NCBI RefSeq assembly: GCF_055900595.2
Contig: NZ_CM148325.1
DNA length: 64,000 nucleotides
Direction: 5' to 3' (one strand)
The notes under the pieces were generated by a model. That model made no database searches. It was given only the letters and a program-made list of their open reading frames with translations, and was not told the DNA's origin. The first letter of the stretch is position 1. Every line of letters starts with the position of its first letter. Position numbers and translations under genes: made by a program. Below, piece after piece: positions 54,063 through 64,000 of the stretch.

Positions 54063-54290
54063 CTTTTTGTCCTTGTAACATAATTCCGTTCAACCACCGC
54101 CGACCGGTCAATGTGGTTCAATAACAGGCAATCTAAAACCTTAAGAGAACAACATCAATACAAAAGTTGGAATATTTTTCCAAAACTAGATTTAGTCCAC
54201 AAATCACACAGGGTTATCATGTAAAAATACTGATAAATCAGAGGATAAGAAAATCACGCAACTTGCGGATTTAAAAGGGGATACCTGAAG

Positions 54291-55217
54291 ATGTTCGATC
54301 CAGAAACCTTGCGGACTTTCATTGCGGTTGCTGAAACAGGAAGTTTTTCAAAAGCGGCAGAACGATTATGTAAAACCACGGCGACGATCAGTTATCGCAT
54401 TAAACTTCTGGAAGAGAATACCGGAGTGGCGCTGTTTTTCCGCACGACTCGCAGCGTGACGTTGACAGCGGCTGGCGAGCATCTACTTTCTCAGGCCAGA
54501 GACTGGCTGAGCTGGCTGGAAAGTATGCCCAGCGAGCTGCAACAGGTGAATGATGGCGTGGAACGCCAGGTGAATATTGTCATCAACAACCTGCTCTACA
54601 ACCCCCAGGCCGTCGCCCAGCTGCTGGCGTGGCTGAATGAACGTTACCCCTTTACCCAGTTTCACATCTCACGACAAATCTATATGGGCGTCTGGGACTC
54701 GCTATTGTACGAAGGTTTTTCACTGGCTATCGGCGTCACGGGAACCGAGGCGCTGGCAAATACCTTTAGTCTTGATCCCTTAGGATCGGTGCAATGGCGC
54801 TTTGTCATGGCGGCGGATCATCCGCTGGCGAAAGTTGAAGAGCCGCTAACAGAAGCGCAGTTGCGGCGCTTTCCGGCGGTTAATATTGAAGACAGCGCTC
54901 GCACCTTAACCAAGCGCGTCGCCTGGCGTTTGCCGGGGCAAAAAGAGATTATTGTTCCCGATATGGAAACGAAAATCGCCGCCCATCTGGCGGGCGTTGG
55001 CATTGGTTTTTTGCCAAAATCACTTTGCCAGTCAATGATCGATAATCAACAATTGATCTGCCGGGTAATCCCAACGATGCGCCCTCCTTCGCCATTGAGT
55101 CTGGCATGGCGCAAATTTGGCAGTGGCAAAGCGGTAGAAGATATTGTGACCTTGTTTACTCAGCGCAGGCCGGAAATCAGCGGATTTTTAGAAATTTTCG
55201 GCAACCCACGCAGTTAA
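54291..55217 (+). CDS. allS: LysR-family activator of the allantoin regulon
   Basis: 308-aa [57 protein letters not shown].... Confidence 0.9.
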   Translation: MFDPETLRTFIAVAETGSFSKAAERLCKTTATISYRIKLLEENTGVALFFRTTRSVTLTAAGEHLLSQARDWLSWLESMPSELQQVNDGVERQVNIVINNLLYNPQAVAQLLAWLNERYPFTQFHISRQIYMGVWDSLLYEGFSLAIGVTGTEALANTFSLDPLGSVQWRFVMAADHPLAKVEEPLTEAQLRRFPAVNIEDSARTLTKRVAWRLPGQKEIIVPDMETKIAAHLAGVGIGFLPKSLCQSMIDNQQLICRVIPTMRPPSPLSLAWRKFGSGKAVEDIVTLFTQRRPEISGFLEIFGNPRS

Positions 55218-55270
55218 AAATCAAGTTTCCTTGCGCGTTGGCGCGTAAAATAGCGTGCAAGCTGATTTGA

Positions 55271-56380
<1,110 letters not shown>

Positions 56381-56394
56381 TAGGCGGTATTCTG

Positions 56395-56505
56395 TGCACG
56401 CTGTTCATGCCGGATGCGGCGTGAACGCCTTATCCGGCCTACGGTTAAGTGCAGTTTTGTAGGCCTGATAAGACGCGCCAGCGTCGCATCAGGCAATCTA
56501 ACACC
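56395..56505. repeat. REP/BIME element (inverted pair of REP palindromes)
   Basis: GCCGGATGCGGCGTGAACGCCTTATCCGGCCTAC ... GTAGGCCTGATAAGACGCGCCAGCGTCGCATCAGGC between convergent selU and ybbP. Confidence 0.7.
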
Positions 56506-56510
56506 TGTCA

Positions 56511-58925
56511 TCACCCCGCAAACTGCCTGAACAGCGCCTTCCCTTTTACCAGTCGCGCGCCCAGCCAGCCGCCGCAAAGCGACAGCAGCAGCGCACCGCT
56601 GCACGGTAGCACAATCCACAATCGCCAGTCTGGCTCCCACGGGAAATCAAACACTTTCGCCTGCAACACTGCCAGTGCCGTTTCCGCACCAATTGCGGCC
56701 ACCAGGCCGGATACAAACCCGAGCATGGCGAACTCACACCACAATGTCGTGCGCAGCAGTTTTTTGCCCGCACCGAGAGTGCGCCACACCACCAGCTCCT
56801 GATGACGCTGACGCATTCCCACCTGCACCTGTGCCAGCAACAGCAACATACCGCAGGCGGTGACCAGCACCACCATCACTTCCAGCGCCCGGCTTACCTG
56901 CTCCAGCACCTGACTGACCTGTTTTAAAATCGCGCCAATGTCTAACAGGCTAATGGTAGGGAACTGGCGGTTGAGTTGCGTCAACATGCCGTTGCCATTC
57001 TCCCAGCGGAAACTGGTAAGCCAGCTCTGCGGTTGCCCGTCTAATGCCCCTTCAGGGAAAATAAAATAGAAATTAGGCCGCAGACTTTCCCAGTCCACTT
57101 TGCGCAGGCTGGTCACTTTAGCGCGGAACTCCTGGGTATCGCCCATAAAAGTCACGGTATCACCGAGGGCAACGTTTAAGCGTTTCGCCAGCCCCTCTTC
57201 CATCGACACTTCATCGGCTTTTGGCGGCCAGTTACCGGCGACAATCGGATTATGATCGGGCCGCGTATTTTGCCAGGTAAGATTGAGTTCGCGATTGAGC
57301 GCCTCATCTTCATTGCCTTCTGTCGGCTTATCGTTAATCGCCGTCAACCGCGCCCGCACTACCGGATAAAACGATTCCGGGACTATTTGATGTTCCGCGA
57401 GGAACGCTTTTAGCGGCGTAACCTGTTCTGTGGCGATGTTGATTAAAAAGTAGTTCGGGCTTTCTGGCGGTAGCTGCTGTTGCCAGCGGTCGAGCAGATC
57501 GCCACGCAACACCAGCAACAGTGCCAGCAGCATAAAGGAGAGCGAAAATGCCGAAAGCTGGCTTAACGTTGACCACGGCTGACGTAACAGGCGGCTGACC
57601 GCCAGACGCAGAGGTAGCGATTTTAGCGTCAGGCGGCGAAGTACATTCAGCAGCATCCAGCCCAGCACACCGCACAGCAAAGCCAGCACTACCGCGCCCG
57701 CCAGCACTGCCCAGAGCAGCATACTGCCGCCCATCAGTCCGGCGAGCAACAGCACAACCACCACAGTGACAATAGGCAGATAAAACTTCAGCGGCCAGAC
57801 GTTCGCGACCACATCATTACGCAATACGCGTAAAGGCTGCGTTGCCAACAACAAGCGGTACGGTCGTAGCCCCACCAGCAGCGAGATGACTGTCATGGTG
57901 CCCAGCGCCCACAGCCACGGCCAGAGGCTGGCTGGCGGTAATGCAGCAGGCAGAACGGGCTTGAGCAGCACCATCAACACGTTTTCGAACAACAGGCCTA
58001 TCGCCCCGCCGGTAACGGCTGAAAGCGCCAGCACCATCAACCACTGGCCGACGATTAGCTTACGCAATTGCGCTCGCCCTGCTCCCAGCGTTTTGAGGAT
58101 CGCCACCAAGTCGTAGCGACTGCGACAGTAATGATTCATCGCCACCGCGACCGCCGCCACCGCCAGCAGCAAGGTCAGAAGCGCCGAAAGCAGCAGGAAC
58201 TGTTGCGAGCGTTCCATCGAGCGCCCCAGCGCGCCTTCGTCCTGTTCCAGACCGTACCAGCGTTGTTCTGGTTTAAGCTGTGGTAACAGCCATTTCTCAT
58301 AGCCGTCGAGCTGGTTCTCGTTGCCGCCGAATTTATAGCGCCAGGTGACCCGACTCCCCGGCTGCACGGCTCCGGTTTTATCGACATCCGCCAGATTCAT
58401 CATCAGACGCGGAGCCATCTGGAAGGGGTTAAAACCGGAATCCGGTTCCTGAATCACTTCTCCGGCAATCCGCAAGGTGGCATCGCCCACGTCAATGGTG
58501 TCGCCCGTTTTCAGGTTAAGCAGTGCCATCAGGCGTGGGGCCAGCAATACGCTGCCCGCCTGCGGTTTCAGGCCAGGGGGATTGGTTTGCAGATCGCCAT
58601 ACATCGGGTAGATATCATCCACCGCTTTAACATTCGCCAGCTGCGGTGTGTCGCCTGCAAATGTCATGGTGGCGAAAGTCAGCTGCTTGCCGACTTTCAG
58701 GCCGCGCTTTTGCGCTTCCTCCAGCCACGCTTGCGGCACTTCGCGCGAACTGCGCAACGCCCGATCGCCCGCCATAAACTCACGGCTCTGCTGGCTTAAG
58801 CCCTTCTCCATGCGATCGCTGATATTGCCCAGCGCCAGCACGCAGGCCACCGCCAGGCTTAGCGCCAGCCAGACAATTAACAGCGACGGCGAGCGCCATT
58901 CGCGCCAGAACCAACGTGCAATCAT
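56511..58925 (-). CDS. ybbP: ABC transporter permease (FtsX-like)
   Basis: 804-aa polytopic membrane ORF; 4-bp overlap with the upstream ATPase gene. Confidence 0.85.
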   Translation of the reverse strand: MIARWFWREWRSPSLLIVWLALSLAVACVLALGNISDRMEKGLSQQSREFMAGDRALRSSREVPQAWLEEAQKRGLKVGKQLTFATMTFAGDTPQLANVKAVDDIYPMYGDLQTNPPGLKPQAGSVLLAPRLMALLNLKTGDTIDVGDATLRIAGEVIQEPDSGFNPFQMAPRLMMNLADVDKTGAVQPGSRVTWRYKFGGNENQLDGYEKWLLPQLKPEQRWYGLEQDEGALGRSMERSQQFLLLSALLTLLLAVAAVAVAMNHYCRSRYDLVAILKTLGAGRAQLRKLIVGQWLMVLALSAVTGGAIGLLFENVLMVLLKPVLPAALPPASLWPWLWALGTMTVISLLVGLRPYRLLLATQPLRVLRNDVVANVWPLKFYLPIVTVVVVLLLAGLMGGSMLLWAVLAGAVVLALLCGVLGWMLLNVLRRLTLKSLPLRLAVSRLLRQPWSTLSQLSAFSLSFMLLALLLVLRGDLLDRWQQQLPPESPNYFLINIATEQVTPLKAFLAEHQIVPESFYPVVRARLTAINDKPTEGNEDEALNRELNLTWQNTRPDHNPIVAGNWPPKADEVSMEEGLAKRLNVALGDTVTFMGDTQEFRAKVTSLRKVDWESLRPNFYFIFPEGALDGQPQSWLTSFRWENGNGMLTQLNRQFPTISLLDIGAILKQVSQVLEQVSRALEVMVVLVTACGMLLLLAQVQVGMRQRHQELVVWRTLGAGKKLLRTTLWCEFAMLGFVSGLVAAIGAETALAVLQAKVFDFPWEPDWRLWIVLPCSGALLLSLCGGWLGARLVKGKALFRQFAG

Positions 58926-59608
58926 GCTTCCTCCTGCAACTGCCCGTTAACCAGTCGTAAGCAGCGATCGCAGCGTGCCGCCAGTTGCAGGTCGTGAGTC
59001 ACCATAATCAACGTGGTGCCATGCTCACGGTTGAGGGAAAACAGCAGGTCGGCAATTTTATCGCCCGTCTGGCGGTCAAGATTACCGGTGGGTTCGTCGG
59101 CAAACAGCACATCAGGCCGACCATTAAAAGCTCGCGCCAGCGCCACTCGTTGCTGTTCGCCGCCGGAAAGCTGTGCCGGAAGATGATCAAGACGTTTACC
59201 CAGCCCTAACTGTTCGAGCAACGCTTTCGCCCCATTACGACTTTCCGCGCTACTTTCACCGCGCAGCAGCGCCGGAAGCTCGACGTTTTCCAGCGCGTTA
59301 AGGGTAGGAATTAACATAAATGACTGAAAAACAAAGCCTACGTGCTTCGCGCGCAACTTTGCCCGCGCTTCTTCGTCCATATTATGTAGCGGTTGTCCCA
59401 CCAGACTCACTTCGCCACTGCTGCCGTCATCCAGCCCGGCGAGGATCGCCAGCAAGGTTGACTTACCCGATCCCGACTCGCCCACCAGCGCGATGGTCTC
59501 GCCACGTTTGACAACCAGCTCAACTCCGGTGAGGATGGAGAGTTCATGCTCCCCCTGACCGACGGACTTCTTAAGATGATGAACTTCAACAATGTTTTCC
59601 GCTGGCAT
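58922..59608 (-). CDS. ybbA: ABC transporter ATP-binding protein
   Basis: 228-aa ORF with Walker A GESGSGKST, signature LSGGEQQRVALARA and Walker B. Confidence 0.85.
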   Translation of the reverse strand: MPAENIVEVHHLKKSVGQGEHELSILTGVELVVKRGETIALVGESGSGKSTLLAILAGLDDGSSGEVSLVGQPLHNMDEEARAKLRAKHVGFVFQSFMLIPTLNALENVELPALLRGESSAESRNGAKALLEQLGLGKRLDHLPAQLSGGEQQRVALARAFNGRPDVLFADEPTGNLDRQTGDKIADLLFSLNREHGTTLIMVTHDLQLAARCDRCLRLVNGQLQEEA

Positions 59609-60202
59609 TTGCCCTTCCTGTTCCTGGTCCTGTTAACCTTCCGTGCCGCCGCAGCGGACACGTTATTGATTCTGGGTGATAGCCTGAGCGCCGGGTATCG
59701 AATGTCTGCCAGCGCGGCCTGGCCTGCCTTGTTGAATGATAAGTGGCAGAGTAAAACGTCGGTAGTTAATGCCAGCATCAGCGGCGACACCTCGCAACAA
59801 GGGCTGGCGCGCCTTCCGGCTCTGCTGAAACAGCATCAGCCGCGCTGGGTGCTGGTTGAACTGGGCGGCAATGACGGTTTGCGTGGTTTTCAGCCACAGC
59901 AAACCGAGCAAACGCTGCGCCAGATTTTGCAGGATGTCAAAGCCGCCAACGCTGAACCATTGTTAATGCAAATACGTCTGCCTGCAAACTATGGTCGCCG
60001 TTATAATGAAGCCTTTAGCGCCATTTACCCCAAACTCGCCAAAGAGTTTGATGTTCCGCTGCTGCCCTTTTTTATGGAAGAGGTCTACCTCAAGCCACAA
60101 TGGATGCAGGATGACGGCATTCATCCCAACCGCGACGCCCAGCCGTTTATTGCCGACTGGATGGCGAAGCAGTTGCAGCCTTTAGTAAATCATGACTCAT
60201 AA
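59576..60202 (+). CDS. tesA: Thioesterase I / protease I / lysophospholipase L1
   Basis: MMNFNNVFRWHLPFLFLVLLTFRAAAADTLLILGDSLSAGY... (SGNH hydrolase GDSL motif); start at the internal ATG of the track ORF, overlapping divergent ybbA. Confidence 0.85.
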   Translation: MMNFNNVFRWHLPFLFLVLLTFRAAAADTLLILGDSLSAGYRMSASAAWPALLNDKWQSKTSVVNASISGDTSQQGLARLPALLKQHQPRWVLVELGGNDGLRGFQPQQTEQTLRQILQDVKAANAEPLLMQIRLPANYGRRYNEAFSAIYPKLAKEFDVPLLPFFMEEVYLKPQWMQDDGIHPNRDAQPFIADWMAKQLQPLVNHDS

Positions 60203-61001
60203 AGCAACGGAGATCCTGACAGGTAAAGTTATGCAAAAATCGGTCTTAATTACCGGATGTTCCAGTGGAATTGGCCTGGAAAGCGCGCTCGAATTAAAAC
60301 GCCAGGGTTTTCATGTGCTGGCCGGTTGCCGGAAACCGGATGATGTTGAGCGCATGAACAATATGGGATTCACCGGAGTGTTGATCGATCTGGATTCGCC
60401 AGAAAATATTGATCGCGCAGCCGACGAAGTGATCGCCCTGACCGATAATTGTCTGTATGGGATCTTTAACAATGCCGGATTCGGCATGTATGGCCCCCTT
60501 TCCACCATCAGCCGCGCGCAGATGGAACAGCAGTTTTCTGCCAACTTTTTCGGCGCACACCAGCTCACCATGCGCCTGTTACCCGCTATGTTACCGCACG
60601 GTGAAGGGCGTATTGTGATGACCTCATCGGTGATGGGATTAATCTCCACGCCGGGTCGCGGCGCTTACGCAGCCAGTAAATATGCGCTGGAGGCGTGGTC
60701 AGACGCACTGCGCATGGAGCTGCGCCACAGCGGAATTAAAGTTAGTCTGATCGAACCCGGTCCTATTCGCACTCGCTTCACCGACAACGTCAACCAGACG
60801 CAAAGTGATAAACCAGTCGAAAATCCTGGCATCGCCGCCCGCTTTACGTTGGGACCGGAAGCGGTGGTCGACAAAGTGCGCCATGCTTTTATTAGCGAGA
60901 AGCCGAAGATGCGCTATCCGGTAACGCTGGTGACCTGGGCAGTAATGGTGCTTAAGCGCCTGCTGCCGGGGCGCGTGATGGACAAAATATTGCAGGGGTG
61001 A
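60192..61001 (+). CDS. ybbO: Short-chain dehydrogenase/reductase
   Basis: 269-aa ORF ...SVLITGCSSGIGLESALELKRQGFHVLAG... (SDR TGxxxGxG). Confidence 0.85.
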   Translation: MTHKATEILTGKVMQKSVLITGCSSGIGLESALELKRQGFHVLAGCRKPDDVERMNNMGFTGVLIDLDSPENIDRAADEVIALTDNCLYGIFNNAGFGMYGPLSTISRAQMEQQFSANFFGAHQLTMRLLPAMLPHGEGRIVMTSSVMGLISTPGRGAYAASKYALEAWSDALRMELRHSGIKVSLIEPGPIRTRFTDNVNQTQSDKPVENPGIAARFTLGPEAVVDKVRHAFISEKPKMRYPVTLVTWAVMVLKRLLPGRVMDKILQG

Positions 61002-61019
61002 GTTGAAGCGCGCGCTTAA

Positions 61020-61916
<897 letters not shown>

Positions 61917-61924
61917 TTTTCCGT

Positions 61925-62035
61925 TGAAATGCGATGTGCTGGTTTGTAGGCCTGATAAGACGCGCCAGCGTCGCATCAGGCATCCGCGCATAGCCGCCGG
62001 ATGCGGCGTGAACGCCTTATCCGGCCTACCAAACC
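61925..62035. repeat. REP/BIME element
   Basis: GTAGGCCTGATAAGACGCGCCAGCGTCGCATCAGGC ... GCCGGATGCGGCGTGAACGCCTTATCCGGCCTAC downstream of ybbN. Confidence 0.7.
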
Positions 62036-62050
62036 GTGCTAATTCAATAT

Positions 62051-62830
62051 TTATTTCTTCGTCAATTGCGTCACCACCAACTGGTGGCGCGAATTATAAA
62101 ACTTACGATAGGTTAAATAGCAGGCAATAATGGTCGACAAGCTGGCGGTTGAGAGCAGCATAAAGGTCACCATAATCTGATATTTAATCGCCTTCACCGG
62201 ATCAATCCCGGCAAATATCAGCCCGGACATCATTCCCGGTAAACTCACTAAGCCAACCGTTTTTGCTGAATCGACCGTCGGAATTAAAGCCGCGCGAATA
62301 CTGTCGCGAATCAATATCGCTGAAGCCTGTTTCGGCGTCGCGCCAAGACTCAGTTTCTCCTGAATCTGTTGTTGTTCGCTAATCACCCGTTGCCCTAAAT
62401 TGTTATAACACAGCCCTACCGCCACCATCGCGTTACCAGCAATCATCCCGGCAATAGGAATCACCTGCATCGGGATAAACTCAATCGACCCTGAGAGTAT
62501 CAGCACCGCCAGGGTAATTCCCGCCCCGACCGTAATAGCAATAAACGATGAAACAAAGGCTTTAGCAATATATTTACTGCGTTTTTGCGCATTCCACGCC
62601 GCATTAAAGCAGATAAATAACACCATCAATAATGTCAGGCTGGTATCATCCACGCTGAAAATATACTTCAGCACATAGCCGACAATAATCAGCTGAATTA
62701 TAGCGCGCCCGACGCTCCAGAGAATATCTTTCTCCAGCGCCAGTTTTTCTTTATGGCTAATTAAGATTGCCACCACCACCAGCATTAATGCCAGTGCTAA
62801 TGATTCGTTAGTAATATTATGCGAGTTCAT
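62051..62830 (-). CDS. fetB: Iron-export ABC transporter permease
   Basis: Start at MNSHNITNESLALALMLVVVAILISHKEK... inside the track ORF; polytopic membrane protein. Confidence 0.85.
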   Translation of the reverse strand: MNSHNITNESLALALMLVVVAILISHKEKLALEKDILWSVGRAIIQLIIVGYVLKYIFSVDDTSLTLLMVLFICFNAAWNAQKRSKYIAKAFVSSFIAITVGAGITLAVLILSGSIEFIPMQVIPIAGMIAGNAMVAVGLCYNNLGQRVISEQQQIQEKLSLGATPKQASAILIRDSIRAALIPTVDSAKTVGLVSLPGMMSGLIFAGIDPVKAIKYQIMVTFMLLSTASLSTIIACYLTYRKFYNSRHQLVVTQLTKK

Positions 62831-63494
62831 AGCGTGCTTCCTGCATTTCTCCGGCATGCGGTTGCAGTGTAATCACTTTATCCGCATGATTAATTTCGTC
62901 TTTATCGTGTGTCACCCACAGCACGGCAATATTTTGCTCGCGCACATAACGGTGGATCATCTCATTGACGTTATGTTTATTACTTTCATCCAGTGCACTG
63001 GTGATTTCGTCGAGCAATAATACCTTTGGCATAAATTGCAGGTTACGAATCAATGAGATGCGTTGTTTTTCACCACCAGATAGCTCGGCGATATTCTTTG
63101 TCAAAATGCTGTCCGGCAAAGCGAAGCGTTCGAGAAAATCGAGAAAAATGGCTGGGTCAGGCTGCTGGTTACGGATCTGCCAGGGAAAGATCAGATTATC
63201 GTATACCGTATCGCCAAACAGCGTCGGCGTCTGGGCGCAGTAAGATACTTGCTGGCGGTAGATTTCTGGCTTGAGTGTACTGACATCCTCACCTTCAAAC
63301 AGCAACGTTCCGCTGGTTGGGCTGATTAATGAAGCAACAATTTTCAGCAGCGTACTTTTGCCACAACCGGAAGGGCCGGTAATTAACTTAAATTCGCCAG
63401 CACGTAGCGAAAAATTGATGTTATTAAGAATCTTCGTATCACCCGCCAGATATCCTACGTTTTGTAGCTGAAGCAAAGGACTATTTTCCTGCAT
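62817..63494 (-). CDS. fetA: Iron-export ABC transporter ATP-binding protein
   Basis: 225-aa ORF with Walker A GPSGCGKST and signature LSGGEKQRISLIRNL. Confidence 0.85.
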   Translation of the reverse strand: MQENSPLLQLQNVGYLAGDTKILNNINFSLRAGEFKLITGPSGCGKSTLLKIVASLISPTSGTLLFEGEDVSTLKPEIYRQQVSYCAQTPTLFGDTVYDNLIFPWQIRNQQPDPAIFLDFLERFALPDSILTKNIAELSGGEKQRISLIRNLQFMPKVLLLDEITSALDESNKHNVNEMIHRYVREQNIAVLWVTHDKDEINHADKVITLQPHAGEMQEARYELA

Positions 63495-63638
63495 CGCTGT
63501 TCCCTTTTTCTGATTTTTACTAAAAACAGTTTATCCTTCGCAGGAATAAGGGGGAACTCTCTTTCAGTAATCAGGTATAATTTGTTTAATCAAGCAGCAA
63601 TTTTGCTGATTATGGACGGTACAACAGGAGGTTTTTCC

Positions 63639-64000
63639 GATGCTTATCTTTATCCCGATTCTCATTTTTGTCGCGCTGGTCATTGTTGGCGCGGGAGTCA
63701 AAATCGTGCCGCAGGGCTATCAGTGGACAGTAGAACGTTTTGGTCGCTATACCAAAACGTTACAGCCGGGGCTCAGTCTGGTCGTGCCGTTTATGGATCG
63801 CATTGGTCGTAAGATCAATATGATGGAGCAAGTGCTCGATATCCCTTCTCAGGAAGTTATCTCGAAAGATAACGCCAACGTTACGATCGACGCGGTCTGT
63901 TTTATTCAGGTAATTGATGCCCCGCGCGCGGCTTATGAAGTCAGCAATCTGGAGCTGGCGATCATCAATCTGACCATGACTAACATCCGTACCGTACTGG
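63639..64000 (+). CDS. qmcA: SPFH/band-7 family protein QmcA, 5' part (runs off window end)
   Basis: SD AGGAGG then [69 protein letters not shown].... Confidence 0.8.

Noticed and set aside
59576-59608. Overlap of about 33 bp between the 5' ends of divergent tesA and ybbA
   Set aside because: Probably an artefact of start-codon choice (tesA start taken from the known signal peptide; the ybbA start could be a downstream ATG); not evidence of an unusual arrangement.

Overview
This window is an Escherichia coli chromosomal segment on a K-12-like backbone, read in the opposite orientation to the usual MG1655 convention. Positions 1 to about 21640 are the inner part of a DLP12-type lambdoid prophage integrated at tRNA-Arg (argU); it runs off the window start inside the terminase genes. 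Compared with what I recall of the MG1655 DLP12 remnant, this copy is far more complete and mosaic: lambda-like terminase/cos, Bor, Rz/Rz1, lysozyme and holin; a porin gene nmpC split by a complete IS10 with a 9-bp target duplication; Q, RusA and NinB; lambda-like replication genes O and P with an iteron origin; a YdaS/YdaT-type cro/cII pair; an S24-peptidase cI repressor; lambda-like Gam/Bet/Exo; and DLP12-type xis/int. The most interesting feature is a translationally coupled Hanks-type Ser/Thr kinase plus PP2C phosphatase pair immediately downstream of cI, in the slot lambda uses for rexAB, which I propose as a candidate lysogen-expressed phage-exclusion module. A second accessory cassette lies between P and ninB, bounded by about 125-bp direct repeats, and carries a protein with a HEPN-like Rx4H motif, a 66-aa protein and a Bro-N-like protein. 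Positions 21640 to 64000 are ordinary core genome: fimZ (apparently frameshifted in an A-run), the sfm fimbrial operon, folD, cysS, ppiB, lpxH, purEK, a tandem BIME/REP array, the allantoin/glyoxylate cluster, selU, ybbP/ybbA, tesA, ybbO, ybbN, fetAB and the start of qmcA. The RhsD element that MG1655 carries between ybbP and selU appears to be absent. No CRISPR array or rRNA was seen. All identifications are by reading the translations and sequence; no database search was run.
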